DNA of 64,000 nt from Phoronis australis (lineage: Eukaryota > Animalia > Phoronida): contig NMRA01000009.1 of NCBI GenBank assembly GCA_002633005.1, positions 1,458,761-1,522,760 of the forward strand. The letters are read 5' to 3'. Every line of letters begins with the position of its first letter. Within the stretch, counting starts at the first letter, position 1. The notes under the pieces are model-generated. The model was not told where the DNA came from, did not search any database, and saw only the letters and a list, made by a program, of their open reading frames with translations. The translations under genes and the position numbers were made by a program. Of the stretch, positions 11,019 to 24,693 are shown piece by piece.

Positions 11019-12886
11019 ATTTTCCAGACCAACTTTTTCCAGGTGCTGGTCAGTATGGGGGGAAACACTCACAAACTGGAGGTATTAAACTCAGGCTTTG
11101 TCCTTCATTTACAGCTAAAAGTCTTCAGTTTAGGAAATTGAAAAATTAAATTTTGCTCAAGATCGGAGCTTAAAGCAGATTTTAGAAATAGGCAATATTG
11201 GCCATCCCAAATTCAAGAATTACGATCAACGATGCATAATCATTCACCTCAACCCCTATCTTCAGAATCGAGAAAATTCAGTTTCGTCTTGAATTTTGAT
11301 TACCCAAATTTTAGAAACACTCCAACTCTGGAGAATTTTTACTGCAAGTTATTTGGTGGACCTGACTGTTGGCTACCATGTCTGCGTTATTGATTAAATG
11401 TGTCTGCTGTGTTGCAAGTTTCATCTGTGTTGTGTGAAAGCACAAGGAGTGCTTGCTGTGAACAAATGATTCTTAGAACTGACTTGTGAATGGTAGTCAT
11501 CAGGTTATTTAGTCCAGTGTTATGGAACATGAATTGAGGTACTGTTTGCCAATTTACATACCGTTAGTTGGTCAATATTCATGTCTGTAATCAAGCCACA
11601 AGATAATCACATTCAATCAATGCTTCTTTCTGCGTAATACACTTGATCTCTCCCTCACTTTCTGTCAGTTCTCATTACAAACACAGCATTTATCTGTTGA
11701 TAATGCCTATGTCATAATTCATGATTTTAATGTCTGTCTCTTTATCCATTAACACCACACAAGCCCAAATTAATTATTGATTATTTCTCAACCCATTCCT
11801 GATGTATTCCCCTACCAGACTAACGGTCATTTCCTTTTGACTCACTGGAGAAGCTTCCTCAAAATAAAAACAACAAAATGTTTGTTTGACGAATCCAACC
11901 CCCAATATACCTTTACCAGTCTCAGGCGTGGTAAAGCTGGTTGTTATGGATACGTGATAGTTTGGCGCATACACCTCGGAATCTGACATTGCATTGTCTT
12001 CTGTTGGTCGAAGTATCAAATTGCTGGAAAGACACATATAGTTCCATTGTTCTAGATCACAAATTATCATTCTTTTTAATGGTGCTTGGAATGCAAGAAA
12101 GGAACGCAATGCATGATATGAAAACTGGCTCGTGAGAAAGGAGGTTGTTGGTTGTTTGCTGTCTCAGGTATTTTTACCTTGAATCAGGTAGACGAGAATT
12201 TCTTCTCGATGAAATTATTTTGCCAATATTCTGTTAGTATCATAAACTTTTTACCTCGTTTGCACTCTACAGGATAAATTTCATATCCAGTTGACATGAA
12301 ATTGACACACAGCAAGCGTTTTGCTAATAGCTTGTAGCCTTTCGTTTTTGGTTGAAATAGGATGCAAGATGGCGCTGTTGTGGCTATCTTCTGCCTTGTG
12401 GAGTCGTATATCTGTTGTCCTTTCAGGGAACTCATTGAATTTTGGTATGTGGATGTGACTCGTCAAGGGCTATTGATGTTCGCCATCTGTTTCCAGATAC
12501 GACTTACTGTTATCTAGTGATTGGAAATTTCTAAGGACTGTTCTTTTATTGATCGATTACTGGTGGCATAGCTCTAGTATCCCGAGACATGGCAACTTGG
12601 TATGTGGATAGATGTGAACACGTGCTACAAGAATTGTGTTGCTTGTGAGACTGTTCTTTTATTAGACCATTTTCTTGTCGATTGCAGCCGACAATTTCAT
12701 CGTCAATCTTTAATTATGGTGATGACGATAATGACGACGACAAAGATGTTGATAATGAAAGCACGTTGGTGGCGGCAGAGTCATTGTCCTTCTCTTAATC
12801 ATTGCCATGGACATCTTGTCACTGGTGCTGTTGTTGTTAGAATTGTCAGTTTTGGCTGTGGTTTCATGCCAGTGGCATCAGTATGT

Positions 12887-12961
12887 GTGTTGGTGCATCG
12901 GTGTTGGTGCATCGGTGTTGGTGCATCGGTGTTGGGGCATCGGTGTTTGTGCATCGATGTT
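12887..12961. repeat. 14-bp minisatellite, about 5 copies
   Basis: Unit TGTTGGTGCATCGG. Confidence 0.85.
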
Positions 12962-13030
12962 GAAAGTGTGTCATGGTCTTCTTTGATGTTATTGCTTCTG
13001 GTGTTTTAGTGCGCTTACACCTCTTCATCG

Positions 13031-13205
13031 CTGACAGTTGAAGATTAATCAAATAAACTCAGACCAGTTTCACTAAAATGTTTTACACCCACTTCGAAAA
13101 CGATTTTCTGATTGCGATGGAATGCATTTTTAATACACAATACAGCGTACTACCATGTTCCTGGGGAACTGGTCTGAGTTTATTTGATTAATCTTCAACT
13201 GTCAG
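13031..13205. repeat. Perfect 39-bp inverted repeat pair with 97-bp spacer
   Basis: CTGACAGTTGAAGATTAATCAAATAAACTCAGACCAGTT (13031-13069) and its exact reverse complement (13167-13205). Confidence 0.9.
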
Positions 13206-13299
13206 GAGATCTTTAGTCTTTTCAATACTTTAGTTTTATCATTTTATTATAAACTAACCCCTGCATCAATTTCAGAAATGTCCGAAAGAGAGCTATGAG

Positions 13300-13440
13300 T
13301 GAGCCATGTTTCTAGGACATTATAAATTGTCACAAAATGAGCCATGTTTCTAGGACATTATAATTTGTCACAAAATGAGCCACGTTTCTAGGACAATATA
13401 ATTTGTAACAAAATGACCCATGTTTCTTGGACATTGTCTA
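13300..13440. repeat. About 38-bp minisatellite, about 3.5 copies
   Basis: Unit TGAGCCATGTTTCTAGGACATTATAATTTGTCACAAAA. Confidence 0.9.
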
Positions 13441-14095
13441 GGCAGCTCTTTCAGGGGACAATTTTTTTTGAAATTCATTACCGATGTTTGCATACACCGA
13501 AACTTCTTCCACTGGCCAAAAGTCATGCACCAAGCTTCCTCATTTGTACCCCAGCACCCAACTTGTACCTCCCACCCACGCAAAGAGACTCAACCTCATC
13601 TAATTTTTCCTGCCTCTTTAAAGTCCTTGTCAAGGTCTGCATCTGGAGATAACAGAAAAAAATGGCAACTGATATGAATAAAGGTGACCAACGAGGACAA
13701 AATCATTATAAACAATCGGTAACAAATCAACTACCCTTGCAAATGTCAATCGTGTGATATGATGGAAAAATAGTCTACATTAAATAATATTAAGTAGCAC
13801 ATGTAGCTAATTGGCATTTTCCCTGAAAGATTATGCTATTGGGCAATTTCAAGAAATTTTTTTATTTTGATTGGTCATTTCAAAGCATTTCGCAAAGGTT
13901 GGAACATGCACCAAAAAGATAGGTTAAATTAGATTTTTAAAAACAATGTTTAGTTATTATGAAGCGACAACGAAGCTGCCTTTAACTGTCAAAAACAACT
14001 TTTCTTCTGCTTTAAAATTATTCTCAAATTGTTCTCCGATGAGGAATGATATTTGGGCTGTGGAAGAACTGATAGTTGGGTAGTGCGTGAGACTG

Positions 14096-14236
14096 AACCA
14101 GCTTGAGACTATGTTTGGTGCACTGAATGACACACCGTGACAAACCAGCTTGAGACTATGTTTGGTGCACTGAATGACAGGCCGTGACAAACCAGCTTGA
14201 GACTGTGCTTGGTGCACTGAATGACACACCGTGGCA
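14096..14236. repeat. 47-bp minisatellite, 3 copies
   Basis: Unit AACCAGCTTGAGACTATGTTTGGTGCACTGAATGACACACCGTGACA. Confidence 0.9.
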
Positions 14237-15113
14237 AGACAGTAGGCCTAGGTGTACTCATGGAACCTATATCATTGGCAAGAATCTTCACTGCATTACA
14301 CGAGCCAAACAGCTGTTCATTTTTTAAATGATAACGTACCAGAGCATTGATTTTAAGCATGATACAAGTATATAGGTGCATGTGCCAAATTCTGTATATT
14401 TATAGGTGCAGCTTGGAATATAGGCTCATAAAACTTTGGAGTATCTGCCATTGAATTTTGTAAGAAATGGTAACATTTGAAAAATCTTAGAAACTATTTT
14501 GTTCGCATTCCGAAGTTAGTGGTTTACATCTTGTTCTGTTAGATTAAATATCTATTCAATTTGTTAGCGGTGAGGCGTTCTGATGTCTGTTGGAAATAGT
14601 AAGCTTCAACCTGTCAATAAACAAGAAATTAAGGTGGTAAATGAATAAGCGAATTAAAAGAGTCGTCATTTTTCGGAATACTCGCCCTTTGGACTATTGA
14701 GCTAACCACCCTCATCTGCATTCTCTTGTTTTCAGTTAATTCGTGCAAGTGTAGTTCCGTCACAGCGCTTTTGTTTGTGATATTGTCTCAGAGTGCCTGT
14801 TATTATGTTTTCTGGTATTTGTGTCAAGATTTTGCAACACAATATTGCAAGACATGTTATTTTGTGGCAGTAGTTTCAAATCAGAGCAGACTGGAAACCC
14901 GGGGGAACATACTTGACTACATTTTTGACACATACTCACCTATTTAGATAGAGATGGGATTCGAAAAGAGATCCATGCATTAGACTCTTCCAGAAAAAAT
15001 ACCTTTTCGTAGGGTTTTGTTTTAGATAGACCATCCTTTTGTACGGGTTAATTCCCATATAAACCTAATCCATTTATGGGGTTTCTTGAACTGCTGAATT
15101 TTTAACCCATTAA

Positions 15114-16293
15114 CGATATCTCAAACCTTATTCTCAAACGTTGGCCGTTTTTACAATATTTCACATGTGTAGCAAAGTACCTAAATCTTCATTCTCGGGG
15201 AACTTCAAATACAAAATATTTACCTGTAGCAAGAAAAAAGATTTAGTACAACCACCTTCAACAGCATGGCAATTTGTTTACTACTTATCCAAGGTCAAAG
15301 GTTACAGGGATGTCACTCAAGTCGAATCTCCTGGCGACAGGCATAGAGCAGTTCCATATGTACTCTCAGTCCTTTCATTCACCGAGCCGACATAATATTG
15401 AGTCAACGAGGTGTACATAGCATAGAAAGATGCCGCGGAAAACGAAGATAAAATATTTATATCTGGAGGGAACTGTGTGTCTGCATGCATACGACTGTTG
15501 AGAACCAATGCACCAAGTCTTTGAACTGCCTCTGTGACTTAATGTTCGCTAACACAGAAAGTTGTTAAAAAAAGTTAAATCCTCCCTGACATTCATTATT
15601 TTGGTCGGTAATTTGAAATTTCGCTGTTTCAATCTCGTGCTCACAATGCACTCTAATTGCCGGCTCAATTTTTATTGTCCATTTCGTACTTGGTTTCTTG
15701 ATATTATTCTCCCTGGCACGTGGTGTGTATACAATGAAATGTTGGCCTACTTACTGCTGGCTCCGCTTTCTGACCTAGATAACAGGTGGTATATGAAACC
15801 CCTAGTACAAAGTTGAAACGTTTTAGTGATAATTAAGTTAATTACACACTGCAAATTCAGTTGACATTGTGAGTGAATGTTGAAATAGCGAACATGGTTA
15901 AGGCATATATAGGTTATATTGACGTAAAACAAGTTTTCACCGAATAATTAACCGAAGACCTTGAGACTTTCACTGCTCACTACTTAATCAGCTTTTTCTT
16001 GGCTTCAACAAATCAACTTAGTTTGAACTTAGGAACACGAGTTCTCGAAAACAGCTTGGTGGATTTCGCTGAAACTGTCCGCACTTTGATATTTATTCAT
16101 CAATCTCAAAAATGCAGTAAAGATTTTTGATATAAAGGCCTAGTTTTTCGTAATGTAACAAAAACGAATACGACTTATTTTCTTCTAACTGGTGAAGTTT
16201 TCATTTAAAAAGGTTTCATTAAAATCGACCGAGGCGTTATTTTGGTATGGATGTACCTTTCTTAAAAATGAAATTTTGACTTAAAAAGTATTA

Positions 16294-16341
<48 letters not shown>

Positions 16342-16478
16342 CTCACGAATATAAAATGGGTTTTTATAATCTCTGATCTTTTTTCGTTAAGAAAATATCT
16401 ACGTTTACTTGTTGACAAAGCCTGGTTTTTTGATATACGAGTTAGAATGGAGATCACTAAATAAGGTTTGAGATAAGC
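15114..16478. mobile_element. Kolobok-like non-autonomous DNA transposon
   Basis: TIR cores TATCTCAAACCTTATT / AATAAGGTTTGAGATA, flanked by TTAA (15110-15113) and TTTA. The TIR resembles that of 1653-2162 (ACCTTAT core). Confidence 0.65.
16297..16339. repeat. (AAT)n microsatellite
   Basis: About 14 perfect trinucleotide units. Confidence 0.98.
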
Positions 16479-19400
16479 TTTAGCCTGAAATAATGCAAGA
16501 AGAGGTGCCAGGATGGGAAAAGTGAGTTTACATCCTTTGCAACAAAAGTTTTGAAGTTAGATAATATCAAGAACCCTTCTGTAAATTTATGTAGTTTCGA
16601 ACTCCCTTTTGTTGGTAATTTTTAAAAAATGCATCCTGTTGTAGAGAATTTTGTCAAAAAGGACACTCTCAGTGGGAAACTGGTGACGAAAAGTCAGCCT
16701 TCTGAGCAGCAAATCCTGTATACCTCTTCTATGGGAGTATCCCCTAGTGGAAACCGTTTTGTGGTCGCTGGGCAGTCGGGTTATCTCCCCTGGCGTGATT
16801 TACTAGTCTGGTTGTTCATTTGTGTTGATCAGTTGTCCAATAGCATTCCAGTATGCACATGCTTCAGCCTTCCTCCCTCAATGATCAGACATTACACAAT
16901 AAGCTGGTGTTTTCCTTGACTATTGAACAGCAACTGAGGCTGACTGTGCTCATCCATGTTGGCCTTATAGCTATTATTCTGACAGCATTGTTCTGGTCAA
17001 TAAACTTGCACCACACACTATCTGGTTATTGATTTCTTCAGTTCCCTGCTGCTGCTGCTGACATTTGTAGTTACTCACTGGCTGCTATATGGCTCAGCTT
17101 GACTTGGTCAGGTAATTCTCTCTTCATTTCCTCTGATTCTCCATTGTTGATCTTTGCCCTTGAGGTATGTCTTGTGTGTGAGAAATGCCTAACTTAATGA
17201 CTTTCAAATCACCTGTGTAGTTGGGAGTGATGGGAAGTCATGATACGTATATCGGCTTGTGTTGACTGTATCATGTGCTCTGAATGTCTCACATGCTTGT
17301 CTCCAGTGATGTGTTGTCTAGGCTGCTTTGGTTAGTGAGCGTAAAAACGCAGCCCTTACATGTTACACAGGCGGCCAACTCGGGTTACCTGAGGTATGAA
17401 TCGGATTTTTCTCTAAATGAGTACAGTTTCAAACTGAGGATTTCGTGAGAACATAAGGTGAACATACAGTGAGTTCACCGTAACTGGCTCAGAATGAGAC
17501 ATGTTGTGAAGCAAGCATGCATCAGTGACTCCAAAATTGTTTCTGGACAAAATCTTGACTAGAACAAATCTTGCAGGGTATGAATGTTTATTTGAAAATT
17601 ACATTAGGCCAATTTTCCTTCAGCATTTCCCTCAGAAGAATAGGGCGCATGTTAGTTAGGTAAGTGGAGTTTCTGAGGATGTTGGATAAAGTAGGTGATG
17701 TGTATGGTGTTATGTATGCCCTGCAGTCCTCCAGTGGACTTAGTTGATGTCCTGATCAGCTGAACATATTAATCATTTCCAGACTGGTGGTCCAGGTTTG
17801 TCAAGATTTGTCTGAGCTAACTGGCAGGTTGCTCAGTTCCTTGTTGCTGAACACTTACCTGGCTCTTGCTTTATTCTGTCTAAATTCAGAAGAAACATAA
17901 TACAGTTTTTTTCCAATGTTGTGCAGTGACTAGATTCTCGGGGAAAACCTGCATTGAATTATCACCAGGGCTTTGAAGTGTGCATTTGTACAACCAACTG
18001 AACTTGGTCTTCTAGGTACAGTTGTTATTTGCCTTGTGTATTCATAGCTGGGTGTTACTACTAGATAACTAGTAGGTCAGTGATAATGAGTCAGGTAATT
18101 GATCACATTGCAGTCTGATGCATGCCAGGTATTGCATTTACTGTTGTCTGTACTTATCTGTTGTAGCCTGATTCACAGTGGAAATAGTTTAACTTGGCCT
18201 CTCTGCCTGAGCACTGTTTTTAACCTCTGCGGAATTCATTGAGACAAATCACTGATCAATATGGATTACTCTTGGAAGTCTGTAGGCATGCCTAGCACCC
18301 TGTGCAGCTATGTTATTTTAAATAATCCACAGAGTGCATTTGTATAATTTTTTCAATGAAATGTGCTGTTACCCAGTCCATGGGTAAAGGAGGCGTCAGA
18401 TATGTTGCTTCTCAGTAAATTCAAACAGTCTGAAAGGGCACATGTACTTCAAAAGTCAGAACCATTTTCATTGACCCAATTCTGTTCGTTTCCTATTAAA
18501 TTGTTGCCACAATTTTCCCACAGTTCAACTATTGGCCGCATTAAAGGATTTTAAGTAAAGAAAACTATGTCTGAGGTGTTTGTTCTGAGCTCACTCGTTT
18601 TGAACATACCATAATTGATTGTGTAATTGTATGGTCTTCATAATTAAAGCAATAGTTTGTCCTGTTTAGCTGGCTAAACTACTAAAACCAAATTGAGTCT
18701 TTTACTCTCTTGCAGTTGGTCTTGTAATATTCCTTACTGTGATAGCATTCTGTCTGTTATCTTCAAGAACATGAAGATAGCATCCCTATAATCATGGCAG
18801 GCAATAAATAGACTTATTTTATATGCAGCCTTAGGCCTAAAGATCACTTTTGTGTTTTGTGTAGTTTCATCTACTTTCAATCAAAGATAATTTCAAGTAC
18901 ATTTCTTTGTAATTACTTCAATAAAGTGTTCTAGAACCTATCTTTTTCATTTTTGCGAAAATAAATTGTCACAATTTATTTTAAACAGTTGTGTTATAAA
19001 AGCTAAATAAAGTGATATAAAAAGTGTTTTTAGCAACTTTACTCTGGATATTTGGAAACACAAGTAGTAACATTGTTCCAAACTTTAATGGTTGATAAAT
19101 AACTTAAAAAATTGAAATGAAAAATACTGACACACAGTTGTTCTTCTAGGCTTTTATGACTGATTAACACAAGATTTAGAAATCGGTGGGCAATTTGGAA
19201 CGAAATAAGAAGCAAAACCCTGCAACGGGTATGCCGAAAACATGAATGGAGATAAATGCAATTGAGGTTGAATGAGCAGGCAGCAGTGTTGTTTGACTAA
19301 GTTACGCAAAATTTTCACTAAATCTGCTGTTTTCTGCCGTAAATCGAAAAGAACTGTTTGAGAATCCAATCATGTCTTGCATGTTTACAATCTGTGTGGT

Positions 19401-20789
19401 AGTTAACAGTTGAATTTTTGTCATTTTCTTGTCAAAGACTGAAGCTGATTTATACTGGCTAACTGATGGGTGGAACTTATTACAGTTCATTGTCAGAACT
19501 AACAAAGATTCCTGTAACATTCATGGATAAGTTAAGTTGTATTTATAGAATAACTGTTTTCAGCCAAATATCCTAGATTGTTCATCCCGGCTCAGACTAA
19601 TATCCCAGTCATAGATTTCAAGATATACGGAAAATAATCGAAAATGAAAAATGCATCATAGAGACTTGGCCGCGGGCTGTCTTGTCGGTCTGGGGGGAGC
19701 CTTAAAAACAACATTGACAAAGTATAATTTCATTTGTTCGCCATATTGTATGCTAATAAATTAATAATTATTGTATGTTTTCCATAGCAGTGTGATTGTT
19801 TGAAATGAAGCTTTCTCTGTCATCAAATATTGGTAATACTGAAACGTCTTTCATAACAAGTGTTAAAATTCACGCTGTGTTCCCCATTTCCCACTCCATT
19901 CTTTGCAAAATCTTTGTCAACAAACTGAATGCAGAAGGTTTTCCTTGATTCAAATTTCTTTCTGCTTATGGCTGTGAAGTCCATCTAAAACATTATTATA
20001 GCTTTAACAAGATTATGGTCATCAGATGCAATCTGGTCTCTTAATTGCTCAGGCAAAACTAGATTGGTGGGTTGAGCTGTGGTAGAGGATGTCTTGGTGC
20101 CAATTTACTTCTCATGCTATGTTTCACTGTCATATGATGTGTTCTTCTTTGAGGATGAGATTCACATTTGGGATGTCCATTGTGTTCATGACTAAGTGGT
20201 GTTCAAAGTCTCCATGGGCTGGAATAGTTGAATGAAACCGGGTAGCATTTCTCTATTGAGTGTTGCATCTCTAATTCTCTAAGGCTTCTCACTTGTACAA
20301 AGCAAGTGAAAACATTGCTCTACCAGCAATATTTTGACGTTCCATCTCCTTTCAAACACTGAAGTTGGCAAAGTCAACTAATTCATACTTTGATTGATCA
20401 CCAAGACATTGACTTTTAAGGTTTAAGGAAAAATAATCCCCATCATGAGACAAAATAGTTTGACATTTGTCTTGTAATCAAAAGCTAAGCTTACAGTTTG
20501 GCCATCACCTAAGACTGTTAGACTTGAATGTCCTGAGGAGTTTTACATGCAGACTCTAAATGTGACTGGGTGCTTCCTGAATATACCATTTCAATTTTCA
20601 GAGACAGACAAATTATGGAAGGATTACCAGTCATGAGACCTCCCTATAACTATTGTCTTAATTAATTAGTGGTGTCATGTTCTTCCATGTTGTGCACTGC
20701 ATCTGTCTGTGCATATGGTGGACAGTGGTGAGCCAGTACCTGAGGCCTGATTATCAGATTTGGAAAAACTCTGGAGTGTCTTTCTCTGT

Positions 20790-22000
20790 TGTTCCCATAA
20801 GGGAAACTCCATCACATTTCCCCACCTTCCCCGTCATGACTACCCACCTTCACTATCACAACTTCCTACCTTCTTCATCACAACTCCCCACCTTTACTTA
20901 CCATAAACTCCATCACAACTCCCCATAAACTCCATCACAGCTCCCCACCTTCTCCATAAACTCCATCACAACTCCCCACCTTCTCCATAAACTCCATCGC
21001 AACTCACCACCATCCCATAAACTCCATCACTACTCCCCACCTTCCCATAAACTCNNNNNNNNNNNNNNNNNNNNNNNNNNNNNNNNNNNNNNNNNNNNNN
21101 NNNNNNNNNNNNNNNNNNNNNNNNNNNNNNNNNNNNNNNNNNNNNNNNNNNNNNNNNNNNNNNNNNNNNNNNNNNNNNNNNNNNNNNNNNNNNNNNNNNN
21201 NNNNNNNNNNNNNNNNNNNNNNNNNNNNNNNNNNNNNNNNNNNNNNNNNNNNNNNNNNNNNNNNNNNNNNNNNNNNNNNNNNNNNNNNNNNNNNNNNNNN
21301 NNNNNNNNNNNNNNNNNNNNNNNNNNNNNNNNNNNNNNNNNNNNNNNNNNNNNNNNNNNNNNNNNNNNNNNNNNNNNNNNNNNNNNNNNNNNNNNNNNNN
21401 NNNNNNNNNNNNNNNNNNNNNNNNNNNNNNNNNNNNNNNNNNNNNNNNNNNNNNNNNNNNNNNNNNNNNNNNNNNNNNNNNNNNNNNNNNNNNNNNNNNN
21501 NNNNNNNNNNNNNNNNNNNNNNNNNNNNNNNNNNNNNNNNNNNNNNNNNNNNNNNNNNNNNNNNNNNNNNNNNNNNNNNNNNNNNNNNNNNNNNNNNNNN
21601 NNNNNNNNNNNNNNNNNNNNNNNNNNNNNNNNNNNNNNNNNNNNNNNNNNNNNNNNNNNNNNNNNNNNNNNNNNNNNNNNNNNNNNNNNNNNNNNNNNNN
21701 NNNNNNNNNNNNNNNNNNNNNNNNNNNNNNNNNNNNNNNNNNNNNNNNNNNNNNNNNNNNNNNNNNNNNNNNNNNNNCACCTTCCCCATAAACTCCATCA
21801 CAACTCCCACCTTCCACATAAACTCCATCACAACTCTCACCTTCCACATAAACTCCATCACAACTCCCACCTTCCACATAAACTCCATCACTACTCCCAC
21901 CTTCCACATAAACTCCATCACTACTCCCACCTTCCACATAAACTCCATCATAACTCCAACATTTTCCATCACAACTGCCCACCCTTCCCATAAACTCTTC
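20790..22000. repeat. 30-bp C-rich minisatellite spanning the assembly gap
   Basis: Unit CTTCCACATAAACTCCATCACAACTCCCAC on both sides of the N run, degenerating outward. Confidence 0.92.
21055..21777. other. Assembly gap (723 N)
   Basis: Run of N within the minisatellite. Confidence 1.
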
Positions 22001-22284
22001 TGGCAAGCGGCATCAAACTTATTGGTAGTTCTTTGGATTAAATTTGTGGCTCATTTGCACATGTGGAGACCTAACAATTCCTCCCCTCCAAGTGGATTTG
22101 ACCTTTCCCACAACATGGGAGTTTAATCCACCAACTTTCGGAGGATTTCCTGCTACCTGAAGCTCCTCAAAACAGGAAAGTTGTGACGTTAGTGGGAAAG
22201 CAACAAAAGAACCTCTTGTTCATTGTGACATGAGTGAACCTTATGATAACAAGAATGTTGCAATTCAACATTGATTGACAGTTT

Positions 22285-22785
22285 GAACATTTTCTATACC
22301 ACCTAGTGGCCATTTTCATTGTTTTTAAGTCCGTTTTTAATGTTCACATCTCTATCCGTCAAACCGCTCCAAAGATCGTTACGAAAATTGGCAGATGTGT
22401 TGCTCACAAGAAGGCCACAGGTGACACTGATTTGCAGACAGGTTTGCCTACGGTAGTGTGGCACACCCTAGTGGTGATTTTGTCCTTTGTGTCCGATGCT
22501 GTATCTCATTAGTGCTCTTTATGATCGTTGTGAAATTTGGCATGAATTTTCTTATGAATGTAAAATTGACCACTACTTTTAGACTTAGCTGGTTACTGCT
22601 GTGCCTTCTAATGGCAATTTAGCTTTTTACGTATGCCTCTGTATCTTCAAAGTTGTTTTGGTGGTTTTTCATAAAATTTGGAAAGTACTTTTCTGTTATA
22701 GTGGCGACAGCACCTTTCCATTTTGGGACGTGTTCAGTGTAGTCTGTGCCACATAGTGGTCTTTTTACTATTTTTAGCGTCCAGG
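22285..22785 (+). mobile_element. Fragment of the Helentron-like (HINE) satellite family
   Basis: Monomers homologous to 31113-36420 (CCACCTAGTGGCCATTTT, CAAACCGCTCCAAAGATCGTTACGAAAATTGGCAGATGTGTT). Further decayed monomers at about 23320-23600. Confidence 0.75.
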
Positions 22786-24693
22786 CGGCAGTCAAACTTA
22801 GCAATAACTCGACAACTCGTTCCAGGAGTAACTTGTTCCAGGGTAAGTCTGTCTTATGGTCTGTCTCTGAATCCACTGCTCAGAGGATTTTTGTCAAAGT
22901 TGGCCAATGTATTCAGAGTCACAATAACAAAAAAGAGAGCAAGTGGTCTGATGTCATGTGCGGTGCACCAGAGTTGCACAGGCCTCATGCCTCATGGTTA
23001 GGCTCATTGCACAGAACACCTGTGCTAAAAACACGACAGCCCTGTTATCCATCAACACGTTCTTTGCGAAGGAAGTTTTCAAGTCTACCTGTCTCATTTA
23101 AGAAAAGAAGACTTCTCCATTTGTTGCCATTCACTATATGTTGTAGCCATGTAACTATGACGTACAGTAGCTTACTCCTTACCCTATAAAAAGTTGGGCA
23201 AAATTCTACCAGGTATTTAGGGGTTTCAACGTCAGTTCCACAGATGGGACACACTGGGCTCCCTACATGCCCAGTGATGTGTCTGTGTTGGGCTAGGTTA
23301 CGGTGACTCGTCAGAATTTGAATTTTCAGTGGCTCTTTGTTGCATCTGTGGCTATATCTCCTTGACCTCTTGCAGGATCTTAGTGAAAAAATTCAAGTGT
23401 ATTTCAATAAAACTTGACAATAGGTAGGCAAATCTGACTAGTGCATGCCCTCGTTGTTGCAATTTTACATTTTACGATTGCTGCTGTATCTTTGGAGCTC
23501 TTTGACATAAATATGGCCAGTAGTTTTCTATTAAGACTATGCTGTCTTTCCATTTTCCGACCGGTTTACCGATGGTGCCAACTAGTAGCCATTTTGTGTC
23601 ATGGCCTTTGAGTACAGGTAACAGAACAGAAGAAACAAGATATTCCACCTTAGTCTGATTGATGTTTTGGAACTATTTCACAGTGCTACAACTTCTGGAT
23701 TGAAGAATCATTATTTTTATTCATTTTTTATAGAGAAGGTTCAAAATATCGTTGATAATAAATATGATATGCCAGGTCAATCAAAAAGGCAATAAAAGTG
23801 TTAATGCCTCTTTCTAAAAGTGCTTTGTTGATTCTTGCATTTGCCATTGTTCATACAAGTTTGCTACCTTCTATTATCCATAAACATGAATTACCTGTTA
23901 ATGAGACTTCCTGGGAGTCAAAAGCTGCTTGGATTAGAAATGAATTGAAGTACTTTCATTACAAGATTGTTGATTATTTGAATAAAATAGTATCTAATAA
24001 AAACACGTGCCGTTATTGATGGCACCTGTCGATATTGCCGATGGATGGCACCGAAAACTGACATTTCATGCCACATCGAAGTGTTGACACTCAACTGTTA
24101 ATCTATCTGTTTACTGCAAATTTATGTTGCATTGTGAACTTGAATTTTGGACTGAATGACACTCCACAAAACTTTGACCGGCATCAGTATGAAAAGCCAT
24201 TTAGTCATTTGTCAATGTTTGGAATTCATCCCTTATTCTATTGGTAATCAAATGTCTCGGTTTTTATGTTCGGTTTTATTGAGGGTTTTCCGGTTGTTTT
24301 GCGGTAGTCAGTTTTGTGTAGATGTTAAAGCTCTCAAGTAATGTTAAAAGTGATCATAAAACAGGGTTGTGTCCAAGAAGTGAACTTTTGATTTAGACGA
24401 CTACTGCCATTACGTTGGCCTCAACTGGTTCCTTACTCAGTTGAGAAATGGTTTATTAGCTTGCAAAGAATTGACAGATTGAGGTTCGTTGAGGCTATGC
24501 TCAACATAAAGCCTCATTTCGACCTCCGTTGCGCTGTCAGCTTTAAGCAAGCCAAAAATATAGTCAAGATCCTAACTACTGACTTCCTTATTTGGAATGT
24601 CATGCGAGTTGACTAGCATGATAGGTGTCGTTAGGTTTGCATTAAAGTTGTAGAGAATAGATGTTGGTTATTTTGTTGCTATTTTGTATATAT

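Noticed and set aside
12602-13009. 135-aa ORF
   Set aside because: Built from a (GAT/GAC) tract and a 14-bp minisatellite, with no domain signal.
20966-22006. Long ORFs of 346 and 322 aa
   Set aside because: Artefacts of a 30-bp minisatellite and an N gap.
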